In this document: positions 9,601 through 17,420 of the stretch, piece after piece
Layout of the letters: each line of letters begins with the position of its first letter
Position numbering within the stretch: position 1 is the first letter of the stretch
Program-made: the position numbers and the translations under genes
Notes under the pieces: generated by a model
What the model saw: only the letters and a program-made list of their open reading frames with translations
Told to the model about the DNA's origin: nothing
Databases searched by the model: none
From: a virus
Strand: one strand, 5' to 3'
DNA: 64,000 nucleotides
Virus record (IMG/VR): IMGVR_UViG_3300042309_001504
Span: 1-64,000 of that record

Positions 9601-11045
9601 GCGGCAATGCTGTAGGCGCTGCTGTAGAAATTAAAAATAGCACTACTCGCACATGGGAAGTTTCTGTTGCCGGTAGTACATCATTCGGACTTGTACCAAC
9701 AGGATCTTTATATTTTTATGATCAAACCGCTGGTTTAGCTAGATTAACTCTTAGCACAACAGGATCATTATTAACACAGATTTTAGGCACAGCCTCTGTT
9801 CCAACAATAAGCAATATTAATGATACTAATACTGGAATATATTGGCCTTCTAGTGATAATTTATTTTTTTCAACTGCTGGAGAAGCTAGATTACAAATTA
9901 ATAGTACGGGTAATATTGGTATAAATAATGCGCCAGTAAGTGAATACAAGTTGTTTGTTAACGGCGGAACAAGATCAGACTCTTCAACAACAAGCCCATC
10001 AATCGTATCTATAAAAAGTTTTACAAATGCCGTTGAAACTGGAGATAATTTATCATCAGCTACTTATGGATATTCTACAACAAGTGGTTCACATACAATA
10101 AGAAATGTTGCTGTAAATACATACTTTAAAATTAATTCTGGAGTAACCAACAGCGCTAGTAGCATTGGTATAGTAAACAATAATCTTCGTAATTATGGTT
10201 TAACAGATGATGCCGGAACATTAACTTCATTATTCGGTATATATAATCAATACGGCCATTATAATACTTCTGTTGTTTCTCCAACAACAACAACGGTTAT
10301 TGGTATACAAAATCTATTTTGGCAAGCCAATGGCACAATAACTACTGCTTTTGATATGTATTGTAGTAATGCTAGTTCTGGCGCTACTGTTACAAATAGA
10401 TGGGGTATATATGTAGAACATACTGGTAATAATTATTTTGGTGGAAATCTTGGTATTGCTATATCGCCAACACAAAAATTACACGTAGCTAGATCTGGAA
10501 CTGGAATAATTGGAAGATTTACAGATGCTACAACGCAAACATTAGATATTGGAGTAACAGCTTCTGCTGGCATGTATTTTGATAATCCAAATGGTGGATA
10601 TCAAGAGTGGCAAATTAGTGGTTCTGGAAAAATGCGCTTGACAGGCGGTGGCGAACTTTTAATTGGAACGACTACTGATAATGGAGCATATTTATTACAA
10701 GTAAATTCTCAAATCTATGCGACAAATGCAACTATTGCAACATCAGATATTAGATTTAAAACAAATGTACAAACTTTAACAAATGCAACAAATATTATAG
10801 AATCTTTAAGACCAGTAACATTTGATTTTATTCCACAAAGCTACAGAAACTTTGCGATAGAAAGACAAGTTGGTTTAATAGCTCAAGAAACATTACATAC
10901 ATTAAAAAATACAGATTATGTGGATAGTGTTGTTGCTAAGTGTGGCGACCACTTGGGTTTAGCCTATGAAAAATTAATACCAGTTTTAATCCGTGCGCTT
11001 CAAGAAAGTAATGCGAGAATTGCAGCATTAGAAGCCAGACTTTAA
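6696..11045 (+). CDS. Long tail fibre with Mtd-N anchor and C-terminal intramolecular chaperone (peptidase S74-like)
   Basis: IQIRKGT...GEPGFD...LKLGDG N-terminus; GNVGIGTT repeats; TSDIRFKTN...GLIAQE...LIRALQE chaperone signature. Confidence 0.8.
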   Translation: MPAYNLIQIRKGTSTEWANQNPILSSGEPGFDISNNILKLGDGVTAWSNLDPIGSGFISSHTEINVLSQEPQGFVNRIDSSISFNDSTRTFTIQPTGSSYDVYIEGIKVTKTGIETVVIDSGTALNYIHFDTDTNQLQTKTSFFNFDTDVPIAFIHWNSGIGQSTFFGEERHGIRMDTTTHKWIHNTFGMQYINGLSIGNYVLEGDGTSNSHAQISISDGTLYQEDIVINIADGDNGIEFTQQLYPTGYFPVYYHSGITGQWVRDSGTPYPVKYNATRALYNSYSGGTWSVINVPNNRYFAMWLVATNDINDPILSIMGQREDSSLGAAENNNNWTDIDLTNIPTNELRPLYRLIFLTNNTFTNTPKSSLQSILDLRRSILTTTYGVPQNDHGNLFGLGDDDHTQYVHINEARIISANHTFTNGLTINNGLLSATSGNFTSLTLNNTGVSISGHTHIVNDITDFASGVAQEVDTTLSSGSGISLVYNSGTNTLTISATGLALTNHTHTSSNITDFNSSVSGLLPTIANSGDNRILTSTGSTVGINAESNLSFDGSLLNVIGSGNFSSGLVINNQTASTIASFDSNKNVASLSTATYPSLTELSYVKGITSAIQTQIDSKAATSTTITAGSGLAGGGSLAANRTIDIGQGDGITVSTDNIAVDSTVVRTTGTQTISGTKTFTGDTVFSTGITISSSGTNVPLTITNDGTGNSFVVNDVSGDADPFVIDAAGRVVIGGTSAFSDAHKFSILGGLPSTAGVTVGFILRALVPSSSTNNFISYFSNMGTETSSYTLSSLEHYAANQQSLGVGSAIGSQYGFVARDSLIGATNNYGFYSNIASGTGRFNFYANGTAINYFAGNVGIGTTGPRSKLDVRGLSQFVASSNGTPALGANTHYTSTFENFSGNYGLGINVNASTGIVLVQSQRFDSTATAYDIGFQTLGGNVGIAETSPARKLHVKESSGIFTSRFEGGNAVGAAVEIKNSTTRTWEVSVAGSTSFGLVPTGSLYFYDQTAGLARLTLSTTGSLLTQILGTASVPTISNINDTNTGIYWPSSDNLFFSTAGEARLQINSTGNIGINNAPVSEYKLFVNGGTRSDSSTTSPSIVSIKSFTNAVETGDNLSSATYGYSTTSGSHTIRNVAVNTYFKINSGVTNSASSIGIVNNNLRNYGLTDDAGTLTSLFGIYNQYGHYNTSVVSPTTTTVIGIQNLFWQANGTITTAFDMYCSNASSGATVTNRWGIYVEHTGNNYFGGNLGIAISPTQKLHVARSGTGIIGRFTDATTQTLDIGVTASAGMYFDNPNGGYQEWQISGSGKMRLTGGGELLIGTTTDNGAYLLQVNSQIYATNATIATSDIRFKTNVQTLTNATNIIESLRPVTFDFIPQSYRNFAIERQVGLIAQETLHTLKNTDYVDSVVAKCGDHLGLAYEKLIPVLIRALQESNARIAALEARL

Positions 11046-11060
11046 TCTATAGGAGAATTT

Positions 11061-11384
11061 ATGTTACCAAATTTAACTCCAGTTGATATTTCTATAATTC
11101 CAGCAAAAACATATGATAAATTATGGGTTGATGAAATAATTATTAATGCTGGAAATATAAATGGTGACGCTACAGCGCGTGTACATTTAAAAAAATTTGG
11201 AGTATTTGATGGAATAGCCGAATACATGCCGGGTGATAATGGAATGTGGTTAGTTATTGATAATTTATTAAGTAAAAGTGTTGAAGATCCAGATCTTGCA
11301 AATGTTGTACAATCATTACTATTATATATAGGAAAAGCAGGAGCAGAACAAGGTGTTATTGCTCCAATTAATAGTCCAGAATAA
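11061..11384 (+). CDS. Hypothetical protein (possible fibre assembly factor)
   Basis: SD AGGAG; follows the fibre gene. Confidence 0.55.
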   Translation: MLPNLTPVDISIIPAKTYDKLWVDEIIINAGNINGDATARVHLKKFGVFDGIAEYMPGDNGMWLVIDNLLSKSVEDPDLANVVQSLLLYIGKAGAEQGVIAPINSPE

Positions 11385-11395
11385 AGGAAAAAATT

Positions 11396-11563
11396 ATGGA
11401 ATTAAATCAAGGTGATATTCAGAATCTAATGGTAGTTATTGATCTTGCTACTCAAAGGGGTGTTTTTAAGGCTAGTGATTTGATAGCTATAGGCACATTA
11501 TATGAAAAACTAAATAAGATCAAAGAAGCTGAAGAATCCAAAAAAGTACCAAATCCAGAATGA
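11396..11563 (+). CDS. Small hypothetical protein, 55 aa (missing from the ORF track)
   Basis: AAGGA then ATG 11396: MELNQGDIQNLMVVIDLATQRGVFKASDLIAIGTLYEKLNKIKEAEESKKVPNPE*. Confidence 0.65.
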   Translation: MELNQGDIQNLMVVIDLATQRGVFKASDLIAIGTLYEKLNKIKEAEESKKVPNPE

Positions 11564-11619
11564 ATAGTATAAAGTATCCTTTTGGTGTATACTAACATAA
11601 ACCACTAGGATAAAATACT

Positions 11620-12027
11620 ATGTCTTTTTGTATTACTAATTTTAATGCTGTTAATAATCCAGCAGTTAGTGATGAATGTTTTGCTACAGCAACAAGAAAT
11701 TTAATAGTTAACAAAGGCACAACATTCAAGTTGTCTTTTGTGTTAACTTTAGATGGTAATTTGGCTGATCTTACTGGATATTCTGCTAGAGCATCTATAA
11801 AACAAAGTTATTCTGATACTAGTGATTTAGTATATTTATCTTCCAGTAACGGAATGATAAAGATTAATTTAACTTCATCATCTATAGATCTTTATATTCC
11901 TGAAAAAATAACACGACGAATTAATGTTCCTATCGGAGTTTATGATATTGAAATTATAAATTCTAATAGTGAAACATTCAGGGTGGTTCAAGGAACTATG
12001 ACTTTTAGTGAACAAGTTAGCACATGA
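11620..12027 (+). CDS. Virion beta-sandwich protein, paralog of 4670..5074
   Basis: NLIVNKGTTF...DLTGYSARASIK...GVYDIEI...RVVQG. Confidence 0.55.
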   Translation: MSFCITNFNAVNNPAVSDECFATATRNLIVNKGTTFKLSFVLTLDGNLADLTGYSARASIKQSYSDTSDLVYLSSSNGMIKINLTSSSIDLYIPEKITRRINVPIGVYDIEIINSNSETFRVVQGTMTFSEQVST

Positions 12028-12533
12028 ACATCATAACTAGTCAGCACAAAGAATTATATAGAGCAATGATAGATTCTTTGTTTGAGGATGATGCTCTAGC
12101 ATTAAATTGCACTTTAATTTATGAAAATGCTGATAAAATAGAGTGTCCTAATTGTGAGATTGATCCTATGAGTGGTCGATCAGCAAATCTTTATAAAACC
12201 GGAGGATCATTAGAGTTTATTAATGGCCAGCAGTGTCCAGTATGTGCTGGTGATGGATATTTATTTAATAAAAAAGAAGAGAGTATTAAATTATTAGTAT
12301 TATTTGATTATAAATACTGGATTAATTTTAATAGTAATATTGGAGTACCAGACGGAACAATTCAAACCATATCAAAAATAGATATTTTGCCAAAAGTAAA
12401 AAATGCTAATCGATTAATTGTTGACTCTTCTTTGAATGGATTAACTCGTAATTTATTCAGTAGAGTATCCGATCCTGAGCCAGCAGGATTAGGAGACAAT
12501 TCTTATTTTTTTACATTTTGGAAAAAGATATGA
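12024..12533 (+). CDS. Putative head-closure/neck protein with zinc ribbon
   Basis: CPNC...CPVC pair; position in the neck region. Confidence 0.45.
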   Translation: MNIITSQHKELYRAMIDSLFEDDALALNCTLIYENADKIECPNCEIDPMSGRSANLYKTGGSLEFINGQQCPVCAGDGYLFNKKEESIKLLVLFDYKYWINFNSNIGVPDGTIQTISKIDILPKVKNANRLIVDSSLNGLTRNLFSRVSDPEPAGLGDNSYFFTFWKKI

Positions 12534-13177
12534 GATTAGAATTAAAATTATTAGAATCTGATATTACAATAGCTAAAAATATATTAGATATATTATCTAA
12601 ACAAATTAATAAAGAGTTATCTAAAAATTTTCCTAAAATACAAGACTCTATAAAAAAAGTAGTAATTGATAGTATTAGAAATCAACCAGAATATGCTTCT
12701 CTAATTGGTGGACAGCTTCAATATGAATTTGGTATTACTAATCCTAAGAGCAGACTAGATGCTATCTTAAACACTCTAGAACAAAGTATGGTATCCTCTT
12801 TAAATAAAGTTGTGCCATCAGGATATGGTTTAAAAGGTGGCTTCAAAATAGAATTTATCAAGAGTGATTATAGTGATATTTTAGCTCTACCAGAATCATC
12901 ATTTGTTAGTGAAAAGGGATCAAACCTACAATGGTTAAATTGGTTATTAATTCAAGGAGATAGTTCCATAGTTTTCGGATATTCTTTCGTATTGGGCGGT
13001 TTTAAATTTTCACGAACAGGCGGTGGTGTTATGAGAGGATCCGAATCTGGCTCATGGCAAGTCCCCTCACAATTTTCTGGAACTGCACAAAATAATTGGA
13101 TAACTAGGGGCATACTATCTTGTTCGGATGATATTCAACAACTATTAAATAGTTTAATTGAAAATTTAGCATCCTAA
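12530..13177 (+). CDS. Putative neck/tail completion protein
   Basis: ATGA overlap at 12530; WLNWLL and GTAQNNWITRG motifs; precedes the tail tube gene. Confidence 0.45.
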   Translation: MRLELKLLESDITIAKNILDILSKQINKELSKNFPKIQDSIKKVVIDSIRNQPEYASLIGGQLQYEFGITNPKSRLDAILNTLEQSMVSSLNKVVPSGYGLKGGFKIEFIKSDYSDILALPESSFVSEKGSNLQWLNWLLIQGDSSIVFGYSFVLGGFKFSRTGGGVMRGSESGSWQVPSQFSGTAQNNWITRGILSCSDDIQQLLNSLIENLAS

Positions 13178-13250
13178 AAAATTTAGATTTTTATGTTATT
13201 AGTGTAATAATATATAACACAATACACCTTTTTTTATATGGGAGATTAAT

Positions 13251-14141
13251 ATGGCCAATCGTGTATTTTATGCTTCCCAAGGCGTCTCAATTTCGGGCGT
13301 TACAGTACCTGGCGCTCAAAGTGTCGGCGTACAAAGCAATTTTAATCTAGAACAAGCTTTCCAACTAGGTCGTCTGGGCATTTACGACAACATTGTTACA
13401 AATCCAGAAGTTACTGTAACAGTTAGTAAAGTTTTGGATGGCGAAAATACAATTTATAAATTGGCCACAGGTGGCGGCAGTTTAATCAGTAATGCTAATG
13501 ATCAATGCAATATTGTTGTTGGCGTTGGTTCAGATACAGCCTCTGCTCTTAGTAGTACATCAGCTATAGAAATGACAGGCATGTATGTTACATCAGTAAG
13601 TTACACTCTTCCTGTTGACGGTAATTTTACAGAAGAAGTTAGTTTCGTTGGAGACAACAAATCTGTTAGTACTGGCGTAGTAGCCGCTCCCACAGCAACT
13701 GGTAATACAGTTTTGCGTCGTCAACACTATAAATCAGATAGCACATTGCCAGTTGAAGTTAGTGGTCAAAATGTTACTAACATTACAATCAATGCTGATC
13801 TTGGCAGAGAAACAATGTTTAGATTAGGCCAATTCGGACCATTCCATCGCTTTGTGAACTTCCCATTAGAAGTAACTTGCGAATTTGAAGTATCTGCTAC
13901 TGGTATTGATACTGTTGAAGTTAGTCAAGATGTTACTTGCACTGGCGGCAATTTGCCAGCAATTCAACCAATCTTGATCAATTTGTGCGATCCAAGTGAT
14001 GGTACAACATCATACAGTTTTGATCTTGGTAGTAGCAATCGTTTAACTAGTGTGAATTATCAAGGTGGTGATACTGGTGGTGGTAATGCTACTATCACAT
14101 TCAGTTATACCACTTATAATGAATTAACAATTAGTGGCTAA
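13251..14141 (+). CDS. Major tail tube protein (putative)
   Basis: SD GGGAG; beta-rich 296 aa with internal duplication (FQLGRLGIY / FRLGQFGPF); position before chaperones and TMP. Confidence 0.65.
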   Translation: MANRVFYASQGVSISGVTVPGAQSVGVQSNFNLEQAFQLGRLGIYDNIVTNPEVTVTVSKVLDGENTIYKLATGGGSLISNANDQCNIVVGVGSDTASALSSTSAIEMTGMYVTSVSYTLPVDGNFTEEVSFVGDNKSVSTGVVAAPTATGNTVLRRQHYKSDSTLPVEVSGQNVTNITINADLGRETMFRLGQFGPFHRFVNFPLEVTCEFEVSATGIDTVEVSQDVTCTGGNLPAIQPILINLCDPSDGTTSYSFDLGSSNRLTSVNYQGGDTGGGNATITFSYTTYNELTISG

Positions 14142-14162
14142 TACTTAATTCGGAATTAGTTT

Positions 14163-15110
14163 GTGGCAAGCAATAGAATTTACTACGGATGTTTGGGCGT
14201 GGCATTGTCCACGCCCTCATCTTTTCCATCAGCATTATTGCCAGGAGTTCAAACTGTTGGTGTTACCACATCAACAAAAACAGAATATATATTAGCTCCG
14301 GGTATTGCTGTGCCACATGCTTACTACAGTATTTTACCAGACATATCATTTACTTTTTCAGAAGCTTTTCAATCTTTAGACTCATTATCATCAATTTCTG
14401 GTGTGAATAATTATATTGATTTATTTATGTTTGTTGGCGAAGATGATGTTGCATGTATGGATGCTAGAAAATATATCAGATGTAGATATGTTTTATTAGA
14501 AAGCTTATCATATAATTTAAATATTAATGGTATTTTTACATCCGATAAAACATACAAAGGATTTTCAAGATATGTTTGTTCAACATCGTCTAATATAACT
14601 ATTCCTAATTGCAATTCTCCTATTCCTAACTATAGCGTTGTTGGATCACGACGAAGTTTTAATATTAGTGGCAGTTCTTTACCTAGCATATTAAGTTCTA
14701 GTAATTTATTACAAAGTATTACTATTAACTATAATATTACTAGAGAAAATATAGCAGAACCGGCAACACGCACACCATACGGTAGCATGACATCTTTTCC
14801 TATAGAAAGCACAATATCTTTTAATTTAATTTCACAAAATTTAGATTCGTATAATCAAAACTTTAATTCATCTATTTGTCAAGGGTTAACTAATCATATA
14901 GAAGATATGACAATTAGCGTTTGTGGTATTGGTGGATCGGGTAATGTTAGTTCACTATCTTTTAATGATATGTATTTAGAAGGTATTAATTACAACGGCG
15001 GAGATACTGGAGGAGGAAATCAGGAAATTAGTATAGATTATGTATGCTATAGTACTAGTGGGATTAATAGTTTAGTGGAATTTCCTAATGTTCATAACAC
15101 AGGATGTTGA
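14163..15110 (+). CDS. Tail tube paralog
   Basis: NRIYY..GV, PGVQTVGV and NYNGGDTGGGN match the upstream gene. Confidence 0.6.
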   Translation: MASNRIYYGCLGVALSTPSSFPSALLPGVQTVGVTTSTKTEYILAPGIAVPHAYYSILPDISFTFSEAFQSLDSLSSISGVNNYIDLFMFVGEDDVACMDARKYIRCRYVLLESLSYNLNINGIFTSDKTYKGFSRYVCSTSSNITIPNCNSPIPNYSVVGSRRSFNISGSSLPSILSSSNLLQSITINYNITRENIAEPATRTPYGSMTSFPIESTISFNLISQNLDSYNQNFNSSICQGLTNHIEDMTISVCGIGGSGNVSSLSFNDMYLEGINYNGGDTGGGNQEISIDYVCYSTSGINSLVEFPNVHNTGC

Positions 15111-16146
15111 TAATACAGAATATTTATTGTACAAAATATTATGTGGATTTTATTATATCGAGTATAATGATAAAAAATATAAGGTAATATATCCATCATT
15201 AGATATAAAATATCAGGCCGAACAAGTATACTTATCAACATTAGACGATCATAAATTTGATACTGAATGGTTTTCAGAATTGGATCTTAGGATTTTTCTT
15301 GAAAAACAAAATATTTGGAATAATGATAAAGAAAATTATTTAAAGTCTCAACAAAATCTTTTAGAAAAAAGTAAAATAGATTTATATAAAGATTATTCTA
15401 ATGGAGACTTAAAGAAAAAACATAAAAAATTAATACAATCATTATATAAGAATATAAATGATTTAATTATTGAAAAAGAATCTTTTAATTATTTAACATT
15501 AAATTTTTTTGCTAATACAGTTAAGCACGAATTTTTATTAATGAATACTATCTTTGATAATGATATTCTTTTATTAGATGATAAATCTGATCATAAAAGT
15601 ATTCAAGAGATTTCAATAATTATTCTTAAAGAACAAATTAGTATGAATAAATTAAGAAAAATTGCTAGATCAGATATTTGGAAATCTTATTATAATGATA
15701 ATGGAATATATGCTAATGGTGTGATAAATACTAATGATGACTATAGAAATTTAGTAAATCTAACAAAAATGTATGAATCTATCAAACAGCATCCAGAATG
15801 TCCAACAGAAGATATTATTAGTGATGACGATGCTTTAGACGGATGGTTCTTATTACAGAAAGATAAAAGTACTAAAGAAAAACAAAAAAATCAAGTTTTA
15901 GATAGAGTAAGGGGTAATAAAATAAAGGACGCCAAAGAATTATTCATAATCACTCAGGACAAACAGGAAACTGATCAAATTTTTGGATTAAATGATCCCA
16001 AGACCATGAGAGATATTAAGAATTCTGTGGAATTAGCAAAACAAAAAGGTAAAGTATCTTGGACCGATCTGGAACATGTTATAGAGGAAAAATTAATAGA
16101 ACAAGGCAAAGGTGGATATAATAAAATAAAGGAGAATATTAAATGA
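15088..16146 (+). CDS. Hypothetical protein (possible tail assembly chaperone)
   Basis: 352-aa ORF between tail tube and TMP; HPECP..DDDALDGW motif. Confidence 0.5.
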   Translation: MFITQDVDNTEYLLYKILCGFYYIEYNDKKYKVIYPSLDIKYQAEQVYLSTLDDHKFDTEWFSELDLRIFLEKQNIWNNDKENYLKSQQNLLEKSKIDLYKDYSNGDLKKKHKKLIQSLYKNINDLIIEKESFNYLTLNFFANTVKHEFLLMNTIFDNDILLLDDKSDHKSIQEISIIILKEQISMNKLRKIARSDIWKSYYNDNGIYANGVINTNDDYRNLVNLTKMYESIKQHPECPTEDIISDDDALDGWFLLQKDKSTKEKQKNQVLDRVRGNKIKDAKELFIITQDKQETDQIFGLNDPKTMRDIKNSVELAKQKGKVSWTDLEHVIEEKLIEQGKGGYNKIKENIK

Positions 16147-16439
16147 ATAATTATATTGTGAAAAATCTTAAAAAAAGATTTCAAACCAGTATGATAGGAT
16201 CTATTGCTCGTATAGAAGATTATTTTGGTTTTTTGTGGGGCATAGATAAAGATAAGATTTCCCATATAGAAGAACAAAATAAAAATTTATGGGAAGAACT
16301 TCGTACAGAAATTTTAAATCATTGTAATTATCAGATGAGACTAGCATTGGACGAACTGGAAGAATTTTTGGAAAAACAGGAAAACTACTACGAATATAAA
16401 TTTATTATTAATTCACAACATAACAAGGAGAAAAAATGA
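16143..16439 (+). CDS. Hypothetical protein
   Basis: SD AAGGAG; ATGA overlaps on both sides. Confidence 0.6.
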   Translation: MNNYIVKNLKKRFQTSMIGSIARIEDYFGFLWGIDKDKISHIEEQNKNLWEELRTEILNHCNYQMRLALDELEEFLEKQENYYEYKFIINSQHNKEKK

Positions 16440-17344
16440 TTACTGATACTTTCACAATAAACCTTAATTCTAATGAGGTCGAATTTTTAATCAAATCCCC
16501 ATCCTTAACAGAACAAAGGGAAGCACAAAAAGTATATAATCAAGCCTTCTCTGATGCTGTAAAATCTGGATGCATTGTTAGGGGCCGTCTAGAAGATCTA
16601 TTAAAAGAGCAGGGTTTGTGGGACGACAATAAACAACTAAGAATGACCACTTTGCAACAAGAAATCTTGGATGGCGAAAAAACCTTAGCAAAAGGTGGTA
16701 TTAGTCTAAATGCGGCTAAACAAATAGCTATGAAGATGAAAAGTTTAAGAGAAGATCTTAGGGATTTGATTAGCGTAAGAACAAATTTAGATAATCATAC
16801 AGCAGAAGGACAAGCTGATAATGCACGATTTAATTATTTAGTATCTTGTTGTTTGGTGTATAAAGATAGTAAGAAAAAATATTTTGATAATTATGAAGAC
16901 TATTTGAATAGAGCATCAGAACCAACAGCAATAAGAGCGGCTCAAGTTCTGGCTAATATGCTCTATGGTTTGGATAACGATTACGAAAAGAAATTGCCAG
17001 AAAATAAATTTTTGTTAAAGTATAAATTAGTAGATAACAACCTAAGGTTCATTAATAAAGATGGTAAATTGGTTGATAGTGATGGTCGTTTGGTAGATGA
17101 AAATGGTAGATATATCAATGACAAAGGACAGTTTGTTGATAAAAATGGTAATTTAGTAGATGACAATGGAGAATATGTTACAGACTTTAAACCATTTACT
17201 GATGATAGTGGAAATCCCATACTTTTGGAAAATGAAAATGATACCAAGACTAATGAAGTTCCATCACATCCTCCAACACCATTACCAATTCCAACTCCAC
17301 TACCACAAGAGGTTGAACCAGAAAAACCCCAACCAGTTGAATGA
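16436..17344 (+). CDS. Putative tail assembly chaperone with 7-aa repeats
   Basis: Directly upstream of TMP; helical N-part, (D/N)xxGxxV repeats, Pro-rich tail. Confidence 0.5.
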   Translation: MITDTFTINLNSNEVEFLIKSPSLTEQREAQKVYNQAFSDAVKSGCIVRGRLEDLLKEQGLWDDNKQLRMTTLQQEILDGEKTLAKGGISLNAAKQIAMKMKSLREDLRDLISVRTNLDNHTAEGQADNARFNYLVSCCLVYKDSKKKYFDNYEDYLNRASEPTAIRAAQVLANMLYGLDNDYEKKLPENKFLLKYKLVDNNLRFINKDGKLVDSDGRLVDENGRYINDKGQFVDKNGNLVDDNGEYVTDFKPFTDDSGNPILLENENDTKTNEVPSHPPTPLPIPTPLPQEVEPEKPQPVE

Positions 17345-17373
17345 TCTTTTTTGCAACATAAACATTTTCAATA

Positions 17374-17404
17374 ATAAGGGCGCTATTATGGCGCCTTTAT
17401 TTAT
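17374..17404 (+). terminator. Stem-loop / possible terminator before TMP
   Basis: ATAAGGGCGCTA-TTA-TGGCGCCTTTAT (two G-U pairs) followed by TTAT. Confidence 0.5.
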
Positions 17405-17420
17405 ATAATAGGAAATTATT

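Noticed and set aside
5334-11045. Diversity-generating retroelement suggested by Mtd-N domains
   Set aside because: No reverse transcriptase and no adenine-variable TR/VR pair seen; Mtd-N is only an anchoring domain
15088-17344. Classical G/GT tail chaperone programmed frameshift
   Set aside because: The ORFs are linked by ordinary SD plus ATGA overlaps; no convincing slippery site joining them was identified
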